Notes: generated by a model from the letters alone, not told the origin. 64,000 bases of DNA from Acidobacteriota bacterium (GCA_040755995.1 JBFMAF010000008.1:202549-266548); one strand, 5' to 3'. Shown: positions 31,439-41,127, counted from the stretch's first letter. Made by a program: numbers and translations.

Positions 31439-32287
31439 ATGAATCACTACGAGACCATAGCCATTCACGTCGAGGGGGCGGTTGCGCGTGTGACGCTCAA
31501 CAGGCCCGATGTCCGCAATGCGTTCAACGACCGGATGCTGGAGGAGCTTCTTGAGGCATTCCAGCGCATTCACATGGCCGAGACCGTGAGGGTGGTCGTG
31601 CTCACCGGGGCCGGGAGCTGCTTCTGCGCCGGGGCTGACCTCAACTGGCTGCGCCGCGTCAAGGAATTCACCTACGGGCAGAACCTCAGGGAATCTCGAG
31701 TACTGGCGGATTGCCTGTACGCCATGTACTCGTGCCCGAAGCCGACAGTGGCGCGCGTGAACGGCCCGGCAATCGGCGGCGGCACCGGACTCGTCGCCGT
31801 GTGCGATATCGCCATCGCATCCAGCGACGCGCAGTTCAGTTTCAGCGAGGTCAAGATCGGAGTCGTGCCGGCGTGCATCTCGCCGTACGTCGTGCGGAAA
31901 ATGGGCGAGGGCAAGTGCCGCGAGCTCTTCCTCACCGGCGAGCGGATCGGCGCCGAACGCGCGCTGCAGGCGGGCCTGCTCAACCAGGTGACGCCGCCCG
32001 AATCGCTTGACCAGGCGGTAACGAGCAGGGTCGACCAGCTCCTCTCGAGCGGACCGCATGCGCTGAAAATGTGCAAAGAGCTCCTCGAGAAGGTCCCTTC
32101 GATGGATCTGCACACGGCAGGCCCGTACACGGCAGAGATGGTCGCAAGGCTGAGAATGAGCGCCGAGGGCCAGGAGGGCATGGATGCGTTTCTGCAGAAG
32201 CGCAAGCCCTCGTGGATCGTGGACGCGGAGACAGGGAGACAAGCAGAAACGGGGAAACGAGGAAACGGTGACACGGAGACGCGGTGA
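31439..32287 (+). CDS. liuC: Methylglutaconyl-CoA hydratase-like crotonase
   Basis: LNRPDVRNAF, FCAGADL, GGGTGL, FSEVKIGVVPACISPYV and EGMDAFLQKR; sits between MCC subunit genes. Confidence 0.85.
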   Translation: MNHYETIAIHVEGAVARVTLNRPDVRNAFNDRMLEELLEAFQRIHMAETVRVVVLTGAGSCFCAGADLNWLRRVKEFTYGQNLRESRVLADCLYAMYSCPKPTVARVNGPAIGGGTGLVAVCDIAIASSDAQFSFSEVKIGVVPACISPYVVRKMGEGKCRELFLTGERIGAERALQAGLLNQVTPPESLDQAVTSRVDQLLSSGPHALKMCKELLEKVPSMDLHTAGPYTAEMVARLRMSAEGQEGMDAFLQKRKPSWIVDAETGRQAETGKRGNGDTETR

Positions 32288-32341
32288 CGCGGTGACACGG
32301 AGAAACGGCCACACGAAGAAACTCGGACACGGAGACACGGG
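32222..32341 (+). repeat. Degenerate 8-bp tandem array (GACACGGA/GACGCGGT), ~15 units, spanning the liuC stop
   Basis: Read directly. The same octamer family occurs at 6339-6370 (reverse) and 31290-31332. Confidence 0.85.
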
Positions 32342-32382
32342 GTCCAGAGGTCGAATGGTCGCCCCCTAGCGACTGCCCCACC

Positions 32383-33885
32383 ATGTTGAAGAAGATCCTC
32401 GTAGCGAACCGCGGCGAGATCGCGTTGCGCGTTATCCGTGCGTGCCGCGAGATGGGAATTCCAACCGTGGCGGTCTACTCATCGGTCGATCGCGCTGCGA
32501 GGCACGTGCAGGCGGCGGACGAGGCTGTCTTCATCGGCCCGCCGGCGCCGCTGGAAAGCTACCTGAACATCGAGCGGATCGTTCAGGCGGCGCTCCAGAT
32601 GCGTGCGGATGCGATCCACCCCGGCTACGGCTTCCTCGCCGAGAATCCGCGCTTCGCACTCAGGTGCGAGGAGGCTGGGCTGGTGTTCGTCGGTCCGAGC
32701 TCGAAGGCGCTGGCGCTGGTCGGCGACAAGGTCGAATCGCGCAAGACCGCCTCTACCATCCGGGTTCCGCTCATTCCCGGGATGATGGCACCGGGCAAGT
32801 CGCTGGAGGAGTTCCAGGCGGCCGCGGCGGAGATCGGATACCCGGTCCTGGTGAAGGCCTCCGGCGGCGGCGGCGGCAAGGGGATGCACGTAGTAAGGTC
32901 GTCTGCGGAGCTGAAGTCGTCGATCGAGATGAGCCGCCGCGAAGCGAAGTCGGCCTTCGGTGACGACGCCGTATACATCGAGAAGTACCTGGAGAGGCCG
33001 CGGCATGTGGAGTTCCAGGTGCTGGCGGACCGTCACGGCCACACCATACATCTGTGCGAGCGCGAGTGCTCGATTCAGCGCCGCCATCAAAAGATAGTCG
33101 AGGAAACGCCCTCTGTCGCGCTTGATCCGGGTCTCCGGCGCCGCATGGGTGAAACGGCCGTCGCTATCATCCGCGCCACGGGGTACACGAACGCCGGCAC
33201 CGTCGAGTTTCTCCTCGACCGTGAGCGACGATTCTACTTCCTCGAAGTGAACGCGCGCATCCAGGTGGAGCACCCGATCACGGAGATGGTGGTCGGCGTG
33301 GACCTCGTGAAGCAGCAGATTCGGATCGCCGCCGGCGAGCCGCTGACCATTCACCAGGAGGACATCCAGCAGCGCGGCCACGCCATCGAGTGCCGCATCT
33401 ACGCCGAAGACCCTGAGAGAGGCTTTCTTCCAAGCCCCGGCAGAATCCTCCTGGCGCGCGAGCCGGAAGGACCGGGAATACGCTGCGACTCGGGGATCTA
33501 CTCCGGCATCGAGGTGACTCCTCACTACGACCCGATCCTGTCGAAGCTCATAACGTGGGGTGAGGACCGGGATTCCGCGCGCCAGCGCATGATATCCGCG
33601 CTCGATCGCTACGTCATTCTGGGCATTCCGACTGGTATCGAGTTCCTCAAGGACGTTATCAGGCATCCTGCCTACGCATCGGGCGATACGCACACGCACT
33701 TCGTGGACGAACACTTTGGCGACTGGAGGCCTGTGGCGCCGGAGGAGGAAGCGATGAAGGCGGCGCTGGTGGCGGCGGCGTTGACCGAGCTCGGCCCTGC
33801 CAGAGCATCAGGACCCGCTCAGCAATTGCGCCGCCCCACTCCCTGGCAGACCATCGGCAAGTGGGCGATCGGCGGAACGAGATGA
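32383..33885 (+). CDS. Biotin carboxylase subunit (MCC alpha-like, lacking the biotinyl domain)
   Basis: ANRGEIA, IHPGYGFLAEN, GGGGKGM, ERECSIQRRHQK, EVNARIQVEH and RIYAEDP. Confidence 0.93.
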   Translation: MLKKILVANRGEIALRVIRACREMGIPTVAVYSSVDRAARHVQAADEAVFIGPPAPLESYLNIERIVQAALQMRADAIHPGYGFLAENPRFALRCEEAGLVFVGPSSKALALVGDKVESRKTASTIRVPLIPGMMAPGKSLEEFQAAAAEIGYPVLVKASGGGGGKGMHVVRSSAELKSSIEMSRREAKSAFGDDAVYIEKYLERPRHVEFQVLADRHGHTIHLCERECSIQRRHQKIVEETPSVALDPGLRRRMGETAVAIIRATGYTNAGTVEFLLDRERRFYFLEVNARIQVEHPITEMVVGVDLVKQQIRIAAGEPLTIHQEDIQQRGHAIECRIYAEDPERGFLPSPGRILLAREPEGPGIRCDSGIYSGIEVTPHYDPILSKLITWGEDRDSARQRMISALDRYVILGIPTGIEFLKDVIRHPAYASGDTHTHFVDEHFGDWRPVAPEEEAMKAALVAAALTELGPARASGPAQQLRRPTPWQTIGKWAIGGTR

Positions 33886-33992
33886 GGAGCAGGCTGTGCG
33901 TGCGACGGGCAGAGATGCGTTCACGCTCACGTCGAAGTCTACGTTCACGAATGACCGTGCCGCCGCATCATGGCGGCACCCCGTGAGGCGAG

Positions 33993-34496
33993 ATGGAACA
34001 TGAGTTTGTAGTGGGCGGGCAGAGCCATCGGGTCTCGGTGGAACACCGGGATGGGAAGGATCACATAGCGGTCGACGGCGAGCCGTTCGATGTGGATCTG
34101 CGGCAGGTCGATTCACACACCGTCTCACTTCTTCTGGGGAGCCGCTCTTTCGTCGTCCACATTTCGAGGGATGCTAGCCGGACACTGGCGGTTGTGGGGG
34201 GGCACCGGTTCTGCCTGGAGGAGCCCGCCGCTGAGAGTGCGCGCGCCGCCGCGGGCGCGGGAAGCGCCGACGGGGAGATAAAGGCGCCGATGCCGGGGCT
34301 AGTGACGAAGGTACACGTGGCGCAGGGGGCCGTAGTGAAAGCCGGGGAGAGCCTTGTGGTCGTCGAAGCCATGAAGATGGAAAACGAGATGCGGGCGCCG
34401 TTCAGGGGCGTGGTCGCGAAGGTACACGTGCAGGCCGGCCAACAGGTCGACGCGTTCCAGGCGCTGGTCGAGGTGGAGCCCGCCGAAGGCGACTGA
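33993..34496 (+). CDS. Biotin carboxyl carrier protein
   Basis: APMPG and the biotinylation motif VEAMKMENE. Confidence 0.93.
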   Translation: MEHEFVVGGQSHRVSVEHRDGKDHIAVDGEPFDVDLRQVDSHTVSLLLGSRSFVVHISRDASRTLAVVGGHRFCLEEPAAESARAAAGAGSADGEIKAPMPGLVTKVHVAQGAVVKAGESLVVVEAMKMENEMRAPFRGVVAKVHVQAGQQVDAFQALVEVEPAEGD

Positions 34497-34581
34497 GCAG
34501 GGCCGGCCGAATCCCGCAGCCGCCGGGGGAGTGGCACGGGTCTTCAGCGATCTTCGCTGCTATGCCAGCGACATCGCGGGC

Positions 34582-34611
34582 TTGACGCCCCACTGCGGGT
34601 TCCGCTATAGT
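34582..34611 (+). promoter_or_regulatory. Sigma70-like promoter for the DUF62-PBP genes
   Basis: TTGACG-18 bp-TATAGT, ending 12 nt before ATG 34623. Confidence 0.55.
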
Positions 34612-34622
34612 CCATCTTCGAC

Positions 34623-35438
34623 ATGGCAGCTCAAGCACGGCCCTTCATTGTCGCGCTACTCAGCGACTTCGGCACAGACGATCCCTACGTCGGCTGCATG
34701 AAGGCTGCGATCCTGGGCGTGAACCCGTCGGTTCCGATCATCGACATCACGCACAGCGTGCAGGCGCACAGCATCGTCGCAGCCGCCTACACGCTCGCCG
34801 CCACGTATCGCAGCTTTCCCGAGAAGACGGTATTCGTGTGCGTCGTGGACCCCGGGGTGGGATCGGAGTGCCCGGTTCTGATTGCCTCGGCTGGGCGCCG
34901 CTATTTCGTTGCACCCGACAACGGGCTGCTTTCACCTGTCTTTGAGGACCCGGATCTCGGCCGCGTGTTCCGGGCCACGGCATCGCATTTCTTCTCCGCA
35001 TCCGTCGCACAGACGTTCCACGGCAGGGACATGATGGCGCCGCTCGCGGGGTGGATTTCGAAGGGTGTGGACATCGAGAACATGGGCGAGCCGTACGCGC
35101 TCTACAAGCGCGTCGAGCTGCCCATGCCCAAACTGGTGGCGGGGGGCATTCTCGAGGGGCAGATCTGGCACATCGATCGCTTCGGTAATTGCATCACCAA
35201 CATTACGCGTGAGGCTTTCGATCAAGCCGCTGGGACGGACAAGAAGTTCGTCAAGGCAGTCGCGGGCAAGCACGAGATCAAGACTCTCTGCAACTATTAC
35301 GCGCAGGCCCCGGTCCGCGGCGGACCCGTTTGCCTCTTCGGCAGCCTGGGTTACGTGGAGCTAGCCTGCAACCGGGCCTCCGCCAGTGAATTCCTCACCG
35401 CCAACGTCGGCTCGATTGTCGGGATCGTCTTCGATTGA
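34623..35438 (+). CDS. SAM hydroxide adenosyltransferase/chlorinase family (DUF62)
   Basis: SDFG..DPYVG, VVDPGVG, APDNG, TFHGRD and HIDRFGN. Confidence 0.92.
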   Translation: MAAQARPFIVALLSDFGTDDPYVGCMKAAILGVNPSVPIIDITHSVQAHSIVAAAYTLAATYRSFPEKTVFVCVVDPGVGSECPVLIASAGRRYFVAPDNGLLSPVFEDPDLGRVFRATASHFFSASVAQTFHGRDMMAPLAGWISKGVDIENMGEPYALYKRVELPMPKLVAGGILEGQIWHIDRFGNCITNITREAFDQAAGTDKKFVKAVAGKHEIKTLCNYYAQAPVRGGPVCLFGSLGYVELACNRASASEFLTANVGSIVGIVFD

Positions 35439-35460
35439 TTCTCCCGCCTGAACCCGCCTG

Positions 35461-37137
35461 ATGGTCGTCGACTACAAAGACTACTCCAAGGGGTTCAGGA
35501 TCGCCCACAGAGAGCGGCGGTGGGGGCGATATCTCCTGATCCCGCTCGCGCTGGCCGTTCTTTGCGCTGCAGTTTACATTTGGGTTGGGCACCGGCTCTC
35601 GACCGGAAGGAAGCAGGCCGAGCAGGGCCAGTTGGGAGACGCTGAGGAATCGTTCCAGTTCGTCAAGAAGCTGCACATTCGAGGACGAGAGGCCGAAGAT
35701 GGCCTGGGCGTTCTGGACCTCATGCGAGACGACATCACCGCCGCTCAGGGGCACCTGCTCGGCGGCGGCCGTTCCGTGTTCGACACGCCCCAGCTGATGG
35801 CCTCGTTCACGTCGCGTGGGCTCTACGCGTATGCGGCACTGTATGGCGAGTATGCGCGCGAGTGGAACAGGAAACCGGCCGTGGCTGTCGAATATGCGGC
35901 GGCGCTCGCCGGTCTGCAGAAATACGGAGAAGCTGCGCAGGCGCTGGCAGATGCAGGTTCCGCCGGCGATCCGGCGCTCGCATCGCGGCGAGAGGCTGTG
36001 CGGAAGGCGCTGGATGCGAGCAAGAAGTCGGGGCTGTTCTGCTACGTCGCGGACCGCGCCAACACGCCACTCGCCTCCTACGCGCGCGGAAGCGCGGGGC
36101 CTGGAGGCGACGTGGTGCTGTCAGGGGGATTGCGCGTGGGAGAGGCGCTGTCGTCGAGCGATTTCCATAATCACACGCTGCTCAATATCGACAAGGAGAT
36201 CCAGGACGCGGCGTCCTCCTCGCTCGGATACGCCGGAGCCCTCGTGGCGATTGCACCGTCGACCGGCGAGATACTGGCGGCCGTGTCAAATCCTCCCCCT
36301 GGAGATCACTCGCTGAACTTCGCATTCGAAGGGCGCTTCGAACCGGGATCGATCATCAAGCTTCTGACCCTCTCTGCCGCGCTCAGGGCCGACATGGACA
36401 TGGGACAGATCTTGCCGTTCAAGTGCACGGGCATGCTGGATTGCGACGGCGTCTGGTTCTACGACTGGGCGATTCACCGAGAGGTGCGCGACATCGAGCA
36501 GGCAACGGCCGAGTCATGCAACGTCGCGTTCGCGCGGATGGGCATCGCGGTGGGGCGGGAGGCGCTGAAGCACGAGTTCGAGCTCTACGGCTTCGGGCGT
36601 GCGCTCAGCGACCACACACCGCCGATGGCGCTGGGGCAGGTCGAGGAAAAGGGGGCCGAGAAGCTGCACACGGCACACCTCTCCGTGGGGCTTGATGATC
36701 TCACGCTCACGACGCTCCATGGGGCTCTGATCGCGGCCGCGCTCGCGGGCGACGGGGTCGTCATGATGCCGCAGTTGGTGCGCGAGAAGCGCAACATTCT
36801 GCAGGAGCCCTATTTCCGCTCTCAAGCGGCACCCCTATTCTCGACGGGGCTCTCATCCGAGGATCGGCGGGTGATTGCCGGGGCATTGAACCGGGTGGTG
36901 GGAAGCGAGAAGGGGACCGGCCGACGTGCGGCTATAGAGGGATTCCAATTCGCGATGAAGACCGGGACATCGGGCAATCGCGAGTTCGGGCTGGATTCGG
37001 TCATCATCGGCTTTGCGCCGCTGCAGTCTCCCAAGATTGCGTTCTGCCTGTATGCACACGGGGCGGGCAAGGCGGAGCTCGAAGGCGCGAGAATTGTGCG
37101 CGAGTTCCTGCTGCGATGTAAGGGGAGACTTCAGTAG
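35461..37137 (+). CDS. Penicillin-binding transpeptidase-domain protein with an N-terminal TM and helical/TPR-like region
   Basis: SxxK (EPGSIIK), SxN (SCN) and KTG (KTGT) motifs. Confidence 0.85.
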   Translation: MVVDYKDYSKGFRIAHRERRWGRYLLIPLALAVLCAAVYIWVGHRLSTGRKQAEQGQLGDAEESFQFVKKLHIRGREAEDGLGVLDLMRDDITAAQGHLLGGGRSVFDTPQLMASFTSRGLYAYAALYGEYAREWNRKPAVAVEYAAALAGLQKYGEAAQALADAGSAGDPALASRREAVRKALDASKKSGLFCYVADRANTPLASYARGSAGPGGDVVLSGGLRVGEALSSSDFHNHTLLNIDKEIQDAASSSLGYAGALVAIAPSTGEILAAVSNPPPGDHSLNFAFEGRFEPGSIIKLLTLSAALRADMDMGQILPFKCTGMLDCDGVWFYDWAIHREVRDIEQATAESCNVAFARMGIAVGREALKHEFELYGFGRALSDHTPPMALGQVEEKGAEKLHTAHLSVGLDDLTLTTLHGALIAAALAGDGVVMMPQLVREKRNILQEPYFRSQAAPLFSTGLSSEDRRVIAGALNRVVGSEKGTGRRAAIEGFQFAMKTGTSGNREFGLDSVIIGFAPLQSPKIAFCLYAHGAGKAELEGARIVREFLLRCKGRLQ

Positions 37138-37251
37138 CCCAGTCCGGTCGCAGTACGCGCGGGCCGGGCCTCGACGCCGTGGATACAAGAGACGATACCC
37201 GCACGCGGCGAACACAACCCACGATGGTCGGCCGCGGGATGCCGGCCGCGC

Positions 37252-38736
37252 CTACTTCTTGTAGATCAGTCGAATGGTGAACCTGATCTCGATGCCCTCG
37301 GGTGTCGCCTCGGGCTGAATCGAGCTCAGATCGATCGGCACGACGATCTCGGGAGCCTCCGCGGGTGGGCGTGGAGGTTGTGGGGGCTCTGCGGCCTCGA
37401 GGTCGAGCGGGCCAACCAGTTCTTCGAACGGCTCTGTCGGCAGCGGCGGTGTCGGTGTCTCGGCTGGGGCCTCGGGAACCAGCGTCGGCTCGGTTCTGGG
37501 AGGGGCCGGTTCCGGCTCAGCGACCAGCACAGCTTCGGGAATCGGCTCGGGCGCCGCCACTGGCATCGGCTCCGGCGCCGCCGCCGGGATGAGCTCCGGT
37601 TCGCCAATCACCTCGGGTGCCTCGAGCAGCTCCCGTTCCGCGGCAGGTTCGGGTGAGGTCATCGGAATCTCCGGCTCCTGGATCGCCTCCGGCATCGGGG
37701 CGGGCTCGAGCAGCGTGACCGCGCCAAGATCAGCCGGAGTCTCCTCCGCTGGGACCTGCTGGGGTTCCTCTTCGATCTCCTCCAGGTCCGAGAGTGAGAG
37801 GAATTCCTCCTCCGGCAGAGATCGTCGCAACGGCGCGGGATGCGAGGGAGGCACCGGTTCCATAGGGAAGGACTCGTCCTCGATCGGCAACGTCTCGGCC
37901 AGGGCCTGTTCGGTCAACTGCCGCGCCGATTCCGGCTCGAGATCCTCCTCCATGGGTGAGCTCACGCTGATCGTGGGCGGCGAAAGATCCTGTGGCTCCT
38001 CTTCCAACGGTGCTTCGCTTTGCAGCTCGGCTTCGTTTTCGTAATGGACTTCACTTTCCGTCGGCTCGAACTCCTTGAACTCCACCTGCTCCTCCAGCGG
38101 CGGCTCGTATTTTCGGACTCGAGGTCCCGCCTCCTCACGCTCGAGTTGCACGAACCTCCCCGTAAGACCTTCGAGCACCTTCTTGCAGATCTCTCGGAAT
38201 GTATCATGGACTCCCTCTCCGCGAAGCGCGGAGGCTTCGAAGCTCGGCCGGTTCAGCGTATTGAGCTGTGCTTCCAAGATCTCCACGGGGAGCAGATTCG
38301 GGAGGTCGCGCTTGTTGTACTGGATGACGAGCGGTATTTCGTCCAGATTGATCTTCTTCTCGGCGAGGTTGGTGCGGAGATTCTCCATGCTCTCGATATT
38401 CGACTGGGCCATCTCGGCCTGAGAATCTGCCACGAAGACGACCCCATCAACGCCTTGGAGTACGAGTTTTCGGGTCGAGTCGTAGAAGACCTGTCCTGGC
38501 ACCGTGTAAAGCTGCACGCGCGTCTTGAAGTCTTTGATCCGGCCGAGCTCGATCGGAAGGAAGTCGAAGAACAGGGTCCTGTCGGTCTCCGTTTGGAGGG
38601 AGATCATCTTGCCTTTGCCCTCTGCCGGGAGCGTCTCGTAGATGTACCGCAGGTTGGTGGTTTTGCCCCCCAGGCCTGGGCCATAGTAGACGACCTTCGC
38701 CGTGATCTCTCGAGTCGCGTTGTTGATCAGTGCCAT
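37252..38736 (-). CDS. MglA-family small GTPase with a ~290-aa acidic/Pro-rich C-terminal extension
   Basis: YYGPGLGGKTTN, DRTLFFDF, TVPGQ, FVADSQ and NKRDL. Confidence 0.9.
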   Translation of the reverse strand: MALINNATREITAKVVYYGPGLGGKTTNLRYIYETLPAEGKGKMISLQTETDRTLFFDFLPIELGRIKDFKTRVQLYTVPGQVFYDSTRKLVLQGVDGVVFVADSQAEMAQSNIESMENLRTNLAEKKINLDEIPLVIQYNKRDLPNLLPVEILEAQLNTLNRPSFEASALRGEGVHDTFREICKKVLEGLTGRFVQLEREEAGPRVRKYEPPLEEQVEFKEFEPTESEVHYENEAELQSEAPLEEEPQDLSPPTISVSSPMEEDLEPESARQLTEQALAETLPIEDESFPMEPVPPSHPAPLRRSLPEEEFLSLSDLEEIEEEPQQVPAEETPADLGAVTLLEPAPMPEAIQEPEIPMTSPEPAAERELLEAPEVIGEPELIPAAAPEPMPVAAPEPIPEAVLVAEPEPAPPRTEPTLVPEAPAETPTPPLPTEPFEELVGPLDLEAAEPPQPPRPPAEAPEIVVPIDLSSIQPEATPEGIEIRFTIRLIYKK

Positions 38737-39022
38737 CGGATCCCTCGTTGGTCGGTCAAAGTTACTCCAAGAGTTTCAACCGTGTCAAGGAATGCCGATC
38801 TCTCGAGATCTCGAGCTGGAGTACACCGGCCTCCTCGCTGCGATCATGGACGTACAGCTCGACGGAGCGTACCCGTACACGTTCGCTTACCAGAGGGGGG
38901 TCGGGAACGTGTACGACTCGAGCTCCATCACTATACAGCGCGACATAAGTCGCGCTGTATAGACCCACCGACAGATCCGCTCGGCGCCTGAACCTCATGA
39001 ACCCCTGAACCCCAACCCATCC

Positions 39023-39051
39023 TGGACAAGGGCGCAAGGAACCTTTATAAT
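39023..39051 (+). promoter_or_regulatory. Near-consensus sigma70 promoter
   Basis: TGGACA-17 bp-TATAAT. Confidence 0.6.
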
Positions 39052-39086
39052 CGCGCTGTCATTCTACCGACACAGGAGGGACGCCG

Positions 39087-39320
39087 GTGGCGGAATTCAA
39101 CACAATTGAGGAAATGCTTGTACATCATGCGAAGAAGCACTTCAACGACGCTCATGTGACCACGCAGAGTTATGGGTTTCAGGTCACTGTCGTCACCGAT
39201 CCTAAGGAGGCGCTGGATGTGACCAGGCTGAAGAGCAAGGCGCTGGCCTACGACATCATCGAGCGGGGCATGACGGCGCGGGTCGACAAGCCTGGTGAGA
39301 TCCACGTGTTCGTGCCCTAG
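39087..39320 (+). CDS. Small hypothetical protein (77 aa)
   Basis: AGGAGG RBS, upstream promoter and protein-like composition. Confidence 0.7.
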   Translation: MAEFNTIEEMLVHHAKKHFNDAHVTTQSYGFQVTVVTDPKEALDVTRLKSKALAYDIIERGMTARVDKPGEIHVFVP

Positions 39321-39422
39321 TGACCAGGGGGCAGTCGATGCCGAGCGGGTGTTTGTGCGGCGGTTTTGCATGGGGGGCTGAATTGAGCACATCCGGAAGG
39401 ACCATCTAGAGGGGATCCCGTC

Positions 39423-40955
39423 GTGCAAGGCCATTTGAAGGAGACGATGCTGCCGGAGGTCTACCGGAAGATCCTTGGCGCGAAGCTCTCGGGCAAGCTG
39501 CGGGTGACATCGGGTCCGATCGAGAAGTGTGTGTTCTTCAAGCACGGCGGCATCGTTTACGCGACGAGCAACCAGCCTGGGGACCGGCTCGGGGAGATAC
39601 TGGTCGAGCGCGGCAAGATCACGCCGCACGAGAAGGAGACCGCGGTCAACCTTCCCATGCCTGGAAAGAGGATCGGTGAGACGCTAGTTGACATGGGGAA
39701 GCTGCAGCCCTCGGACGTAACGGATGGTCTTTCCAGGCAGGTCGTGAGGATAGTGAAGTCCACGTTTCTGCTGCAGGAAGGCAACTTCTACTTCAGCGAA
39801 GATGCGCGTCCTCAGCAGGAGGTGCGTGTCAACGAGCTCTCGACCAGCGACGTCATCATGGATGGTATCCGGACAATGGTGTACAAGGAGGAGATGCGGG
39901 CCAGCCTGGGAAACCCGATGCGCCCGCTCAAGCTGACCGCGGACGCCTACCGCATCGCCGAACAGGTCACGCTCAAACCCACCGAGGGGTTCGTACTCTC
40001 GCGCATTGATGGCATCGCGGCCCTTTCCGAAATCTCGTCGCTGGTCCCGGCTGAAGAGATCGATACATACAAGATGCTGTACGGATTGCGCGTCCTCGGC
40101 TTCCTGGTTGAAAACCCCCAGCGCGACAAGGCCGCCGATGCGTTGAAGGAAACTGAGGGACAGCCGGCCGCGAAATCGAGACCGTCATCCTCCGGTGATC
40201 CGGACCTCGACGTGGCGGTTGCGGACCTCGAGGGGATATATTCGAAACTGAGCATCATCAATCACCACCAGCTGCTCGGTGTTCCGAGCAATGCGCCGAC
40301 CAACGAGGTGAAGAAGGCATATTATCGCCTCGCGAAGACCTATCACCCAGATCGCTATCAGGCAGCGGAAGACAAGGAGATACAGCGAAAGGCGGCCGCC
40401 GTATTCGCGAAGATGACGGAAGCATATGAGGCGCTGCTGGACGCAAGGACTCGAACGGCCCATGACGTTCGAGCGAAGGCGGCGGAGGCCGGGTCGAAGG
40501 AGTCCACCATGGCAGAAAGGAGAGACGAGAAAGTGGCTGAAACTGAGAGCACCGACAAATCAGCGGCGGAGAGCTATAAGAAGGGGATCGACTTGTACAA
40601 CGCGCGGAAGTACGCGGAAGCCATCGAACCCCTCTCCCAGGCTGTCAAGCAAGCCCCGAAGAATCTCGAGTACGTCCTCGCTCTCGGGAGGGCACAGGCC
40701 AAGAACCCGACGACCAAGAAGGATGCCGAGAAGACCTTCCTTCGGGCTGTGAACATCGACAAACTAAACCCATTGCCCTATGTCGAGATGGGCAAGTACT
40801 ACAAAGAGATAAAGATGTTCGAGAAGGCCGAGGCACTGCTCCAGCGTGCTCTGGCCATGGACGACGAGCATGAGGAGGCGCAGAAGGAGCTTGCGTCTCT
40901 ACCCGGCCACGGAGCCGAGAAGAAGAGCCTCTGGAGCCGCCTCACTGGGAGATAG
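39423..40955 (+). CDS. DUF4388 + DnaJ domain + TPR protein
   Basis: DUF4388-like N-terminus (SGKL.V..G.IVYA.SN..DRLGEIL), J-domain YHPD and C-terminal TPRs. Confidence 0.88.
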   Translation: MQGHLKETMLPEVYRKILGAKLSGKLRVTSGPIEKCVFFKHGGIVYATSNQPGDRLGEILVERGKITPHEKETAVNLPMPGKRIGETLVDMGKLQPSDVTDGLSRQVVRIVKSTFLLQEGNFYFSEDARPQQEVRVNELSTSDVIMDGIRTMVYKEEMRASLGNPMRPLKLTADAYRIAEQVTLKPTEGFVLSRIDGIAALSEISSLVPAEEIDTYKMLYGLRVLGFLVENPQRDKAADALKETEGQPAAKSRPSSSGDPDLDVAVADLEGIYSKLSIINHHQLLGVPSNAPTNEVKKAYYRLAKTYHPDRYQAAEDKEIQRKAAAVFAKMTEAYEALLDARTRTAHDVRAKAAEAGSKESTMAERRDEKVAETESTDKSAAESYKKGIDLYNARKYAEAIEPLSQAVKQAPKNLEYVLALGRAQAKNPTTKKDAEKTFLRAVNIDKLNPLPYVEMGKYYKEIKMFEKAEALLQRALAMDDEHEEAQKELASLPGHGAEKKSLWSRLTGR

Positions 40956-41127
40956 CAGGGAACCCGACTGTCGATGGGACTGGGAGCAGATCCCGGCGCC
41001 CGTTCACTCAATCCGGCACTGCGTGAGTCGCGGAGAACGAACAACAGGCGGATGACTCCCATGCCGCGGGCGGACCAGCTTCACGCGTGCAGGCCGCAGG
41101 AAGACTGTGCTGGCTGAGCGGCAGGCC

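Noticed and set aside
38702..39037. Small ORFs between mglA and the 77-aa gene
   Set aside because: No motif or convincing RBS; they overlap promoter-like sequence.
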